Below the pieces are notes generated by a model. That model was not told the origin of the DNA and did not search any database. It saw only the letters and a program-made list of their open reading frames with translations. A DNA stretch of 64,000 bases from Octopus sinensis (taxonomy: Eukaryota), in the NCBI RefSeq assembly GCF_006345805.1, contig NC_043000.1:61504001-61568000 (forward strand), written 5' to 3'. Shown piece by piece: positions 51,589 through 64,000 of the stretch. Within the stretch, counting starts at the first letter, position 1. Every line of letters begins with the position of its first letter. The position numbers and the translations under genes were made by a program.

Positions 51589-52344
51589 TGATGTGGTGCA
51601 ATTTTGTTGTTGTTTCACTGCCTTTTCTGTACCTTTTGTTCCATATATTATTTCCGTGTGGCATGTTTATGTATATGATCAGCGTGATGATTTGTGGAAC
51701 TTAATATTTATTAGTGATAATTACAAGAAGTCAGAACGCGGAGATAACTAATTTGGTGTCAGTCTTACACTATTCATAAAAAACAACAACAAAAGCTGTA
51801 ATATCCTTACGCAAATAATATTAAAAAAAACGTTGACATCTTATTACACGAAATCCTTCGTTCAACGAGAAAACAATAACATTTACGTATACTTGGCACT
51901 TCTGTACGACAGAGGAGATAAAGGTGGCAATATGGCAGATCTGCTACTTTTTGATGAAGATCATGCCATATCTCTCTTCTGAGTATTTTGATCTCCTCTA
52001 TCTTGTTTACCTGAAATATAACGTTTGCTAAAAATATAGGTGGAAATGAGGCAATATAATAATAGCCTTTATATAATTTTCTTATCCGATCTAAATTATT
52101 TTTGCTCGCGTTACATTCTCCTCTTAAACATTGATGTGATAGAATGTTAATGGAATTCGACGTGTTGCTTCAAAGTAATACAGGCCAAGAAATAGTCGCG
52201 GTGCAACTCTGAGGTGTTGTCGTCTATATTGAGCAAATTGCTTCTGATTCACTAATGTAAAAGCATTGTATTGCAATTATTAGAAACAGATAATTCGGAA
52301 GACATTGAAACAACGCGTATTTGTTTGTCCCTTTCTCACTCCCA

Positions 52345-52385
<41 letters not shown>

Positions 52386-52497
52386 CTCTCACTCTCTGTG
52401 TATGTATAAATACATTTATGCATTTATACACACATTTACGCGTATACATACAGATTCACACACCTATGTGCACACATGTATAATGTTTGTATGCACA

Positions 52498-52528
<31 letters not shown>

Positions 52529-52538
52529 TTATATATAT

Positions 52539-52950
52539 AGGAGTGGCTATGTGGTAAGTAGCTTGCTTACCAACCACATGATTCCGGGTTCAGTCCCACT
52601 GTGTGGCACCTTGGGCGAGTGTCTTCTACTATAGCCTCGGGCTGACCAAAGCCTTGTGAGTGGATTTGGGAGACGGAAACTGGAAGAAGTCCGTCGTATA
52701 GAAGTATATATATACGTATGCGTGTGTATATGTTTGTGTGTCTGTGTGTGTCCCCCCAACATCGCTTGAAAACCAATGCTGGTGTGCTTACGTCCCCGTA
52801 ACTTAGCGATTCGGCAAAAGACACCGATAGAATAAGTACTAGGCTTACAAAAAATAAGTCCTAGGGTTAATTTGCTCGACTAAAAGGCGTTGCTCCAGCA
52901 TGGCCGCAGTCAAATGACTGAAACAAGTAAATGAGTAAAATGAGTAAAAG
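52539..52950 (+). mobile_element. SINE family B, near full length
   Basis: ggagtggctatgtggtaag...ccgggttcagtccc...cttgggcgagtgtcttct...gactgaaacaagtaaa(t)gagtaaaa tail. Confidence 0.93.
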
Positions 52951-53365
52951 AGTATTCTCTGTAAAAGAGTATACATACATACATGCATATATACATACAT
53001 GCATATATACATACATGCATACTTACATACGTACATACATACCAACAAACTTACCTAAGAACATCTCTTCATATGAGTCTGTTTATAAAGGTGTGTCAAT
53101 GTGTATGTGCGTTTGTGCATGCGTATATGTTTGTGTGTAGTTTATTTGTTTAAGTTGAAATAGCTTGATAAGCAGCAATTCGGTGATAAAAGTACAATCT
53201 TTATCTGTACTACTTGTATCTTGTGCTGTTCGTTTGAAAGATTAAACATAATATAGTTCTTTGTTTGCAGGTGCAATATATCATTATTGCATCTTTATGT
53301 AGAAGAATTCTAAGTGATTTTCGTTACATTAATATTCTTGCAATGGTAAAGCAGCGAGCTGGTAG

Positions 53366-53555
53366 AATCGGTAGCGCCCCGGACAAAATGCCTAGGGGCA
53401 TTTAGTCTGTCTTTACGTTCTGAGTTCAAATTTTGCCGTGGCTGACTTTGTTCTTTAACCTTTTCAGGGTCGATAAATTATATACCTGTTAAATACTGTC
53501 GATGTAATCGACTTACTGCCTTCCTCGACGTTGCTGGCCTTGTGCCAAAATGTTA
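53366..53555 (+). mobile_element. SINE family A
   Basis: gcgagctggtagaatcg...ttacgttctgagttcaaat...gtcgataaat...gatgtaatcgact...gccttgtgcc. Confidence 0.85.
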
Positions 53556-53619
53556 AACCTACTCTTGTAATGCTTCTCTTCATTAGACTGATGTCATGGT
53601 GAGATATTGTCATTAATAT

Positions 53620-55520
53620 ACAACTCAGTATTAGTTCAAACTTGTTCTTACTTTATGAATGCATTTTTAACAAACCACAAATGGCACACAGGCATAAAAA
53701 TAGTTACATATGCCTGTTTGTGTATCTTGGGAATGCCGTAGAATTGGCTGCATTTACTTTTGAAGTTAGTCATATAGTCGTATTCCTTGTCGGTGAGCCC
53801 TTCTCTGTATAGTTTAACATAGGTTTTAGGGTTCTCATTATTTTCTGCTGACTATAGTGTTGGACCTTTTCATAACCTGTTGTCTTCTAATATGGATAGT
53901 ACTAGAGTTATATAGTATACCATATCCATTAACACAAGTGCGCTCCCTTTACCAGCCTCTTTGATTGTTACTGTTTTGTCGTCCTTTAATCTGTTCAACT
54001 CAACCCATCCTTCTTTGCTGAAGTTTGGCTTGTGTTTTTGTTTGTGTATGTGTTGATATAGGTAATTCGTGATGTATTGACAGACATGGTCAAGAGTTTT
54101 GTTCTTACCTTTTGAAGAGGTGTAGTTACTTATATTTCGGACTAACGATTCGTCCTCGTTATATTTGTCGTATAGTTCCTCGTTAAGTCGTAATTGTCTA
54201 TAGAACTCCGCAACGTCTTCTTTCATTTCGTTATAGTTGGGGTGTTGGGGGTAGGATGTAAACTTGAACCCGTTGATTAGGTTTGATGTTAATTATTTGT
54301 GAGTTAGATTGATGACTTTTACCACTTTTGGTTTCTCCTGTCTGTATGGTGCTATCTCGTATCCCTTACTTCGCGTACTGGGTCTAAAAAAATGATTGAC
54401 GTGATTAGGACGGTAACTGTTATGTAGTTGTTTTCTGTTGTTGTGGGGTGCCCTGTTGTGATTCATAGTGAGGGTTCTAGGATGGGAATTGAAGAGTGTG
54501 TCCCTATATTCCATGTTCAGTTGTGGTGCTTTAGGTAATGTCTATCCTGCGGGTAGTAACTTTTATTATTTCACTGTTGCGGTACCCCCGATGTTGTTTC
54601 GCTGGTGGGTTATGAATTTAGGGTTAGGTCTTGTATTCTTGTATTCTGGCAGTGGAGATGGTTCCGGTTTTTAGACCGGTGTGAATCCGTGTTTGAGTGT
54701 TGTTCTGATTTTCTTATTTTTAGGAAAGGGTTGTTGGAAACGTATTATGTTTGAAAGACAGTTTCATAGTTTGAGAACCAAATGACGCTTTATTTCCCCG
54801 CGTTTGAGAGATTTCAATTCTTCTTTATTGCTGTCCTCTTTCTATAGTTTGGGGATCTTCTCTAGGTTGGGGGCGTTGAGTCATTTGGTTAATTTCTTGG
54901 TTGATCTCTTCATTGATGGATTTTACTTATCTTCATTCGTCTGCGCCCTTAATTTGAGAAGTTCTATTTTCATCTTCGTTTTTCCAGAGCCATTCTTTCC
55001 CTGAGGAGTCTTTGTGCCTCAGATTCATCTATAATAGCTTTGATCTGAAGTTTGCGGGAGAGAATTAACAGTGTCAGATTAAGCCATTTTTCGTTTATAT
55101 CCGCTTTGTTGTTGTTTTGGATCATCTTCCAAAAGGCGAACTTTCTATCTCTGAGTGTTTTGTTCCATTGCGGTACTATGTGGTGTTTCATTTGGTATGT
55201 TCGGAGGTCCTTGGTTCGTATTGTTTGAGAAGAATGTTCTAATTGTTTTGCATAAGTTTCCAAGGTTTCCGACGATTTCGGAGGTTGTATTTTTCGTATC
55301 GATTTCCACATTGTTCTCTCGACTGGATTCACTTGTCGAGACGAATTTGTTAAAATACGTTAACAGGTTTGTGTTGATTTTCTTGAGTTCTTTCAGTATT
55401 CCTTCATTAATGGTAGTGATTGTTTCTGCTTTTGTCGGCATTTTCTGTATACTGTGTGGAGTTATGTTATGCAGAAGGTTGAAAAGTAACACACGAGTTA
55501 TGTCTAAGGATAATTTTTTA
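53620..55520 (-). mobile_element. Penelope-like element 5' half (N-terminal region to start of RT), multiple frameshifts
   Basis: KVINLT...LINGFKFTSYP...KEDVAEFYRQLRL.E...NFSKE...ELNRLKDDKT.TIKEA(D>G)KGSALVLMD matches the PLE pre-RT motifs VINLS, GLKF.PTP, RKLRL and IK.ADKG..VV.MD. Confidence 0.85.
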
Positions 55521-55572
55521 GCATTTTCTACCTTGTACTATTTTCTTTATATCCTCCTCCCCCTCCTCCTTA

Positions 55573-58568
55573 TCATCATCAGCGTTTGACCTCCGTTTTC
55601 CATACTAGCATGGGTTGGACGATTTGACTGAGGCTCCAATCCTATCTGGCAATGTTTCTACAGCTGGATGCCCTTCCTAACGCCAACCACTCCGAGAATG
55701 TAGTTGGTGCTTTTTACGTGCCACCAACACGAAACCTAGTCAGGGGACACTAGCATCCACCACGTTCGGATGATGCATTTTACGTGCCACCGGATCGGGA
55801 GCCAGTCAAGGGGCACTGTCCACAGCTACGATTTTGGTTTTACTTGACTCAACTGGTCTTCTCAATCACAGCATATCTCCAAAGGTCTCGGTCTCCTGTC
55901 ATTGCCTCTGTGAGGCCTAACGTTCGCAGGCCATGCTTCACCACTTCATCGCATGTCTTCCTGGGTCTACCTCTTCTACAGGTTCCTTCCACAGTTAGGG
56001 TGTGACACTTCCTCACACAGCTGTCCTTATCCATATGTAACACATGACCATATCAGCGCAGTCGTCTCTCTTGCACACCACATTTAATGCTTCTTATGTC
56101 CAACTTTTCTCTCAGGGCGCTCACATTCAGTCGTGTATGCACACTGATATTACACATCCAGCGGATCATACTAGCTTCATTTATTTCCTCAGCAGTTACA
56201 GCCCATGTTTCACTGCCGTGTAGCATGCCTGTTCGCACACATGCGTCATACAGTCTCCCTTTCATACTGAGCGAAAGGAACATAGTTGCCAGCAGAGGTA
56301 GGAGCTCCTTGAACATTGTCCAGGCTATTTTTGTTCTGGCTGCTACACTCTCAGTGCAACCACCCCCACTACAGACTTGGTCGCCTAGGTAGCGGAGGTT
56401 CTCAACTACTTGTAGTTTTTCCCCCTGGCATGTAATGGAATCTATTTTCTGTACATCTTCAATGTTTATTGCCCCTGTACATCTGCCACACACAAAAACT
56501 ATCTTCCTGGTTAAACTTACTTTGATATTGATGTACAACGGGTACATCGTATGGAATTTCTACCCACACCTTTTCTACAGATCGCGCAAGGCCATCTACC
56601 TGAAGGGGTTTGTGACTTGTTAGCCTTCCTACTTATAAGGACTTTGGTTTTTGCTAGGTTAACTCCAAGGCCCTTCGATTCTAGACCTTGCTTCCACACT
56701 TGCAACTTCGTTTCTAGTTCTGGCAGTGACTTGGTTATGAAAGCAAGATCATCAGCATGGAGGAGCTCCCAGAGCATCCTGTTTTTAATTCCTCTGTGAT
56801 TGCCCGGAGGACTATAATGGATAAGAGTGGGAACTGAGGACTGATCCTTGCTGAACCCCTACTTCTACTTTACCAACCACTCGCATTTCCGCATTGACCA
56901 TCAGATAAGGGATCGGGGAACTCTGTGAAAAGTTTTCTCCAAATCAACAAATGCTAAGTACAGATGTTTATCTATGGCTAGTTATTTCTCCTGCAGTTTC
57001 CTTACTATAAATATAGCATCAGTGGTGCTTCTGCCTGACACAAAACCAAACTGCATCTCATTTATGCTAACTCTCTCCCTAATTAGTTGGGCTATTACTC
57101 TCTGTAACTTTCATTACCTGATCCAATAATTTGATAGTCCTGTAGTTATTTCTATCTAAAGCATTACCTTTACCTTTGTAGCAGTTGACTATGGGTCATT
57201 GGGTATAATTCTGTCATGAAATACCTGATTTACAATGCGGGTAACAAGACCATAACCCACACAAACCGATATTGTAAGCATCTCAGCTCTGATTCCTGGT
57301 GGGCCAGGTGTTTTCCCTGCCTTGATATCCTTAATTGCTTTATCTACCAGGGTACTGTTGATTCGGGTAGCTGGTCCCTTTGGCTGAATCTCCTCCTCTC
57401 ATTCATTCTCCACATTCAGCAGTCTTTAATAATGGCATCTCCAAGCCTCTTTCTTTGGAGAATCATTAAACACAACGGCACCATCATCTATGCGGACACA
57501 TTTCTCTCCTATGACATCACGGTTTTCTCTCACAAACCGTTTGCCATCAATTATTTGGTCCTCATGTCGCTGAACATAGGTAAACTTATTTTCTATTACT
57601 CCCTTGGCTATACATAACTGTCTCCCAGCTGCCTTTTGGCTGTCTGATACAATCCCTTGCTACCCCTACTCTTCAAGGCTTTCCAGCCTGTTTGCTCGAA
57701 TGGCCCTGTATACAGTATTGTTCCTCCACCATGTTACCCTAAGTCTGGAAGGGACTTTGCACCAGCCACAGATTTGGCCTGTGGTTCTCAGCAAGCTATC
57801 TCGCAGGAATTCGCAGCTGCTTTCTATGTCATAGGATTGTAGTTTCTCCTCCCTCTCATCAAATTTCTCAGTAAGGACATTCCTAAATCTGTGACAATGT
57901 GAAGAGTTCTTAAGATTCCAAATCCTTCCTTTCCAGACTAGCCTGCTTTTTGGCATACTTCTGGTCTCGAGTCTAATGTCACTAATAATTAGCCTATGCT
58001 GGGGGGGGGGCATTCTTCACCAGGGAGGGTCTTTGTATTTAAGAGCAACCATGCATTTCGCTGTCTGGTGAGAATGAAATCAATCTGGCTAGCAGAATCA
58101 CCTGATTAATAGACTGGCTGGCATCCTGACACTGGTGTTGCAGATCAATAGGTTATTTGCATCGCAGAACTCCAGGAGCTCAGTTCCCTCTTTATTTCCA
58201 TGGCCCTCATGTACACCATGGGAGATAGGTTGTTGTCCGACATGCCCATAAAAATCTCCATCTACAAACATGAGATCATTGTCACTCGTCTGTGAGGTAG
58301 CCTGCAGAGGAATATAAAAGTGATCCTTCTGTTCATTTGTAGGCCCGCTTGTGGGGCGTAGGCAGAGATAATTGTAGCTATACCATTCTGCAAGGCTATC
58401 CTGAGTTGAAGTCCTCTATTGCACACCCACATTACCTCTATGAAGTTATCCACCCATTTCTCTGCAAGAGGTATGCCCACACTCCTATTCCATCACTATT
58501 ACCTTCTCAGAAGAGTTTATATCTATGTCCTTTGCCTGTGAAGCTCCTTTCTACCTTATCTCTTGTAC
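55573..58568 (-). mobile_element. RTE-clade LINE, decayed ORF (APE endonuclease + RT + C-terminal domain) with 3' UTR and (GAT)n tail
   Basis: APE motifs TIISAYAPQAG, FYGHVG and TLPGEEC; RT motifs FGFV.GRSTTDA, FVDLEK, QGSVLS and ELL(Y>H)ADDL; C-terminal GRLYDACVRT.MLHGSETW and GRGRPRKT; 3' UTR motif ctggatgcccttcctaacgccaacc. Confidence 0.95.
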
Positions 58569-58572
58569 GCAA

Positions 58573-58584
58573 ATATATATATAT

Positions 58585-58633
<49 letters not shown>

Positions 58634-58657
58634 TATATATATTATATATATATATAT

Positions 58658-58692
<35 letters not shown>

Positions 58693-58700
58693 ATATAAGT
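58573..58700. repeat. (TA)n microsatellite truncating the RTE 5' end
   Basis: Direct reading. Confidence 0.95.
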
Positions 58701-59899
58701 GTATGTATAAGTAGATGTAAAGATAAATGGTGTTGCATTACTTTTAGGCTTCAGCGGAGTACCGCTCTCGCATGTATGTGTATATATACATGTACATACA
58801 ATTTTTTAAAACATAACTATCATTATGATAATTTATGTAAATATTGAACGTCAACATTTTTCTGTTTGAAACACATTCCACCTTGCTGTGCTACGAGGAT
58901 TGTTGCAACTTGACTGCATTTCTTGCAGACCACTAGTTTCGAATCTTCGAATATTATTTATAAAATACTAATTCTCAACGCTCCCGATTTTGAATATACT
59001 TTGTAAATCCCTTGTCGATTATAGGTAGGAAAAGAAAACATCACATTTTGCAATAAACAGCGTTTTGTTTCTGATTGATATATGCAAGCGATTATGTCGG
59101 TGAAGTGATTTATGCAAAACATTAGCAAAACCGATAGTGAAAATGATCTATGAGACGGAGACATTTTGCCCGTTTATCATTTGTTTCAGTCTAACTCTGC
59201 AACATGCCCTATTGTCAGCGGTGATACACTAGGAAGACTACATATCTGTTGATGGTGCTTTGTGGTTTACTCGCTAATACGAAAGAAAATGTATCTCAGT
59301 AGCAACCCTTTTGATTCTGTGGAAACAATATTAACCACTTTTTTCCATGAACAACCCGAGTGGATATAACAGTAATAACTTACATGAAACTATTAGTAAC
59401 AAATGTTGTGTTTCGCCTGCTTTTAGTTCAAATTTTCTTAAGGTGTCCAAATATATTTTTGGAAGTAACAGATCTTCTAAGTGAAGCGTATATCCTTTTT
59501 TAGATGTGCGGGCTGAAGAAACGTGGAAGAAAGAAAGGAAACATATCCCCGATTAAGAAGATAAACTTATGTTTCAGAAGTACTTTACCTGTAATGGTCA
59601 ATGGGTGTCATATGAACAGTAGATGTACCAAGTAATATTTTATGGAACCGATCTAAGTACACGTTTGAAATCTCTCACAAAAACATTGTTCACAAAGTAA
59701 CAGAATACGTAACTTCCCTAAGAGCATAAAAGAGAATTTGTGAAGATGCTCTCGGAATTTTATGTTACACCATGAATACTTCACATCTAAACGAAAGTTG
59801 TTAATTTATTTTTCTACATATTTAACTCGAAGCACCAGATCAGACACTGATCATTTTGGCTTCCTGGAAGTTCAAAAGAAAATTATATTGACATTTGGA

Positions 59900-60900
59900 A
59901 TTGGACATGCTCTTTTCAAAGATAACCATTAATACGAAAATGAAAAAGTGCCTGCATATAAAGGAGATAAATGGCGAAATTTCTGCTTCCCTTGACGTAT
60001 AATAACATTTCTGAGTATTAATGCGGCGCTAATAGCTTGTTTGAAATGTAAAAGTGGTAAAGAAGAGGATCCCTATTTGATGCTTTTCAGTGTAATTGAG
60101 CTTCTTAACTATTGCTAAATGTCTTTTGAACTATCTCATCAACCATAAGTTTGATGACGCTTATTTGAAAGAGAACTTAGTTGCATTTGTTAGTGATGGG
60201 TCGACTGTAATCTTTTGTGTCAAATTTGGTGTGAAATAATTCTCAATATATATCATCCTGATGTTCAAATTTGGCACTGTGTTAATCACGGTTTAGAAGA
60301 TGTAAGTGATTGTGTGAGAGAAATTAATCAAAATAATCATTTTAAATCCTTTATGAAGAAATCGCACTGTTTAGAGTAGCTTATCTCAAAATCAAAGAAA
60401 CCGTATGAATATACTTCTCAGCAAGAACGTCAAATTTGCAAAGTCGGCCGCGTTGCAAACCCAGCTTGTTTTGAACAGTTTCAACATTAGACAAATTATG
60501 AAGTAATGTCATTATTTCGAAAAATAATGCAGTTTGAAACAAGGTCTTGGAATGAAGAACAATAATAACAACTTACAAATGTCTGTTGAAAAGACGCTGC
60601 ATGAATTAGGTGAATTAGGTTTATTGTCAGCTTCTACAGAAAATTATAACTACGATTGTTTATACAGACAAAGTGATTCAATATGCCATGATGTCACTTA
60701 ATGACGGAAAATGCAATCTACTACTAAAAGTTTAGAAGTTCAACAAGTAACTTAGTAGAGGCAGTCCAGAAAAAATTCAAGTAACAACGGTATTTATTAT
60801 ATAGAGTTTCTTCCTAACATTGTAGACATGTTCCTATGTGGTATGTTTATAACACCATCTTCGAAATTACCTCATTCTCCCAGGCATTAAATAATATATA
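59900..60900 (+). mobile_element. hAT-superfamily transposase relic (KIAA1586/ZNF862-like)
   Basis: LKENLVAFVSDGSTV and IWHCVNHGLE..SDCVREIN..NHFKSFM...QICKVGRV match the hAT SDGASVM.G and WHC..HRLEL motifs; many stops and frameshifts. Confidence 0.75.
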
Positions 60901-60959
60901 AGTACCTACGAAATTATTTATCAAATAATTGATTCCGGTATCTTGATAAACTACCAAAT

Positions 60960-61290
60960 TATTAAGAATTGACATTATCGTCACTCTGTGAGAGGTTTAA
61001 CCTATTTTATTTCTTTATAATTATAGCAAGTATAGTGGACAATTCCCTCTCTATGTTGCACATCAATTCATTTATTTTTGTACAGCTAAAATTTGGCAAT
61101 ATCTTTAAAGTTTCGCTGCGTGCCGGCTTTGTCACATTATACCAACTCATACATCTGCCGCCATTATTTGCAAGCGTGTATGACTTGGTGTTATCTACCA
61201 TGATAATTATTTTTAGGTGCTTATGTAGAAGCAACAGATGTAATCGATAACTTCTTGACCTTCCAACCCTTGACATAGCCGTAGAGAAAA
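60960..61290 (-). mobile_element. Possible Tc1-like transposase relic
   Basis: [11 protein letters not shown] and KPARSETL resemble IFMQDNAP.H and WPARSPDL; very diverged. Confidence 0.35.
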
Positions 61291-61294
61291 CTTG

Positions 61295-61500
<206 letters not shown>

Positions 61501-61769
61501 CCAACGTTCAGATACGTATACATATACATATACATGTATGTGTGTACCCGTGCATTAGACGAAGTCTGTATTTGAATTCTTTCGGATCGCTTATGGAAAT
61601 CTGAAGAAAGGTGGGCTAAATCGAACAGTTCGGAAATCGAAATTAGAAAGTAGAAGCTTGAACTAAATGACAGAAGTTGGTTTTGTCTAAAGCAGAACAA
61701 GAATTTGCAAATCAATTCTGAACCGGTAGAGAGCCGGACATAATATGTTTACATTATTAGCAACATTAT

Positions 61770-61985
61770 ATAAGGTGGCGATCTGAAAGAATATTTAGCA
61801 AGCCGGGCATAATACTTAACAGCATACCATCCGTCTTTATGTTCTCAGTTCAAGTTCCGCCGAAGTCGACTTTGCCTTTGATCCTTTCCGGGCCGATAAA
61901 ATATGTACCAGTCGAGTACTGGGGTCGATGTAATTGCAATCGACACACCACCCGACCTTGCTAGCCTTGTGTGCAAATTTGAAAC
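61770..61985 (+). mobile_element. SINE family A
   Basis: aggtggcga...gttctcagttcaagttccgccgaagtcgactttgcctttgatcctttcc...gtaccag.cgagtactggggtcgatgtaat. Confidence 0.85.
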
Positions 61986-62749
61986 TATTATTAGTAACAA
62001 TATAATTGCATGTAATAGTATAAATTGCATATAACAACACTCCTTACATTTTTAATCCAAATACAAATTTGATAGACTTTATGGTTAGCCAATCCAAAGT
62101 CATTCGAACGACCCCTGTAAACTGGTGAATTTGCATTAAAATGAAGCTATTGCTTCCATACTTTTATGTTATGGTGGTTTTAACTGTACTATTGATAGTT
62201 ACGCATTTTATAAAAAAAATGAAAACCTTTATGCTAAATGACATGAAAAATTGAAAGAGAATTATCAAATGCGTGTCAATTCAACCGAGCGCTAGACTTA
62301 GAAATTGGAAAATTGTGTTTAATCATATGTATCAAAAAGCGGCTTGTACCATGCAAAAAAGGAAATTTGTTTCATTTTCATTGTTGCTGGGTAATAAAAT
62401 TAATAGGTTAATAAAATGTTATCCTTTTCCATCGTCAGAAAATCACTTCTTATTATTGGTCATATTGTTTACTTTTCTATGGGATGTAGTGTAGCTTAAT
62501 ACGTCTTGCATCCAGCTATATGCTTTTTACGTATATACTGCATGTATACATAACGCATGCACGCACGCACACACATACACACACACATAAACACATACCC
62601 ACATGCATATGTATATATTTAGATATACAAATATTTACGTCTGTATGCATACATATACATATATGTGTACGTGTATCCATCTTTGATGGATAGATGTGCA
62701 TAGAGATGGTGTCATACTACTGCTTAATCAACTCTTTAGAGATCACACA

Positions 62750-62796
62750 CACATGCACACATATGTATATATGTATATATGTATATTATGGATATA

Positions 62797-62830
<34 letters not shown>

Positions 62831-62882
62831 CGTATATGCATATATACATATGTATATATGTACACACATATTTACGTGTATA

Positions 62883-62963
<81 letters not shown>

Positions 62964-63020
62964 GTACATACATACATACATAGATACATACATACATACA
63001 TACATATGCATGTATATATA
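62750..63020. repeat. (TA)n/(ATAC)n microsatellite
   Basis: Direct reading. Confidence 0.95.
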
Positions 63021-63427
63021 TCATGTATTCATAGCGAATATTGAATTATTTCATATATGGTTGAGTGGGAAGTCGAATTAAGGACTTTTCAAAGCAAGCA
63101 TTTGCCAATATCAGCGAAGATGATTCATTATATTCTAACATATTTATTAATATTGATATCTTAGAGCAGTAGAACCGATGCTCGTACTGTCTGATTGAAT
63201 AGTGGGAGATTACATTCTTGGACATGCAGCATTTCTGGTTGTTAAGTGTTAAGTTCTAACGCCGATGCTAATGTAAAGCAGTGTGCCGAGAGAGAATTTG
63301 TACTGAACTCAACAACTTGTTCGGTGCACTTGTGTTCAGGTATCGATAATTATTGAAAATAGTTGGGTGTTTATCGACAGGGTTTTCTTTTGACCCTCCT
63401 ACTGCATTGATGCCGACCGCCTGAAGA

Positions 63428-63830
63428 CATCTCTCTCCTCCACCTACACCTTTTCTTTTCCTTCTTCCTCCTCTACCTATATCCCCTCCTTTTCTCCCCT
63501 TCCTTCTCGACCTTCACGCTCTCATCTTTCTCTTCTTCTTTCTCCCCTTCTCTTCCTCCACCTCTACCTCCTCACTCCATTCTTTCCCTCCCTCTCCGTA
63601 TCTCTCCTTGTCTCTCTCTCCTTGTCTCCTTATTTCTTTCCCTTCTTCCCCTCCCCCTCTTCCTCCATCTATTTCTTCTCTCCTCCACGCTATCTCCCCG
63701 ACTACTTTCCACCTTTCTTTTGTCCCCTCCCCCTTTTCCTCGCCTCCTTCTCTTCTCATTCTTTCTCTTACCTCATCCTCCCTCCTTTTAATTTCACTCG
63801 TCATCCTACTATTTCTCCTCCTATTCTATA
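63428..63830. repeat. ~400 bp polypyrimidine (CT-rich) tract
   Basis: Direct reading; the plus strand is strongly C/T-biased. Confidence 0.9.
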
Positions 63831-64000
63831 CATCTTTCAGGAATGGGACTCTAATTAAGGAAACGTAAGCCAAGGAAAGATTGTAACAAGGTCATATGGA
63901 GGTAAATTAGTGACCTTTTCTTTACTAATTTAACAAAATAGAAGATGACAGCTGTCATGATATGGGTTTATAAGTTTCGTGACACATACCGTTTACATAT

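Noticed and set aside
63514-63868. E/R/G-rich and S/P/L-rich ORFs
   Set aside because: Translations of the polypurine/polypyrimidine tract.

Overview
This is AT-rich eukaryotic (animal) genomic DNA, not prokaryotic. I recognise its tRNA-derived SINE families from memory as the abundant Octopus SINEs, so it is probably a coleoid cephalopod (inference; no search was run). I can support no intact host protein-coding gene, rRNA, functional tRNA or CRISPR array. Most ORFs in the supplied track are translations of (TA)n, (CA)n, (ATGT)n, (ATCT)n and (TAA)n microsatellites. The window is an intergenic or intronic transposon graveyard. It holds more than 20 SINE copies of four families, five Penelope-like element (PLE) remnants, three R4/Dong-like RLE-endonuclease LINE 3' ends lying in or beside TAA repeats, and a ~3 kb decayed RTE LINE. 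It also has Tigger/pogo, mariner, DD41D-like, Tc1-like and hAT transposase relics and a non-autonomous Helitron-like element. The most notable signals are five type I hammerhead-ribozyme folds read directly from the sequence: two with a canonical core, two core variants and one decayed. One canonical fold has an unusually extended stem II. Other notable items are a ~121 bp locally templated insertion that breaks a PLE endonuclease, a transposon built from two right ends, a ~115 bp-arm foldback palindrome and a tandem SINE trimer.
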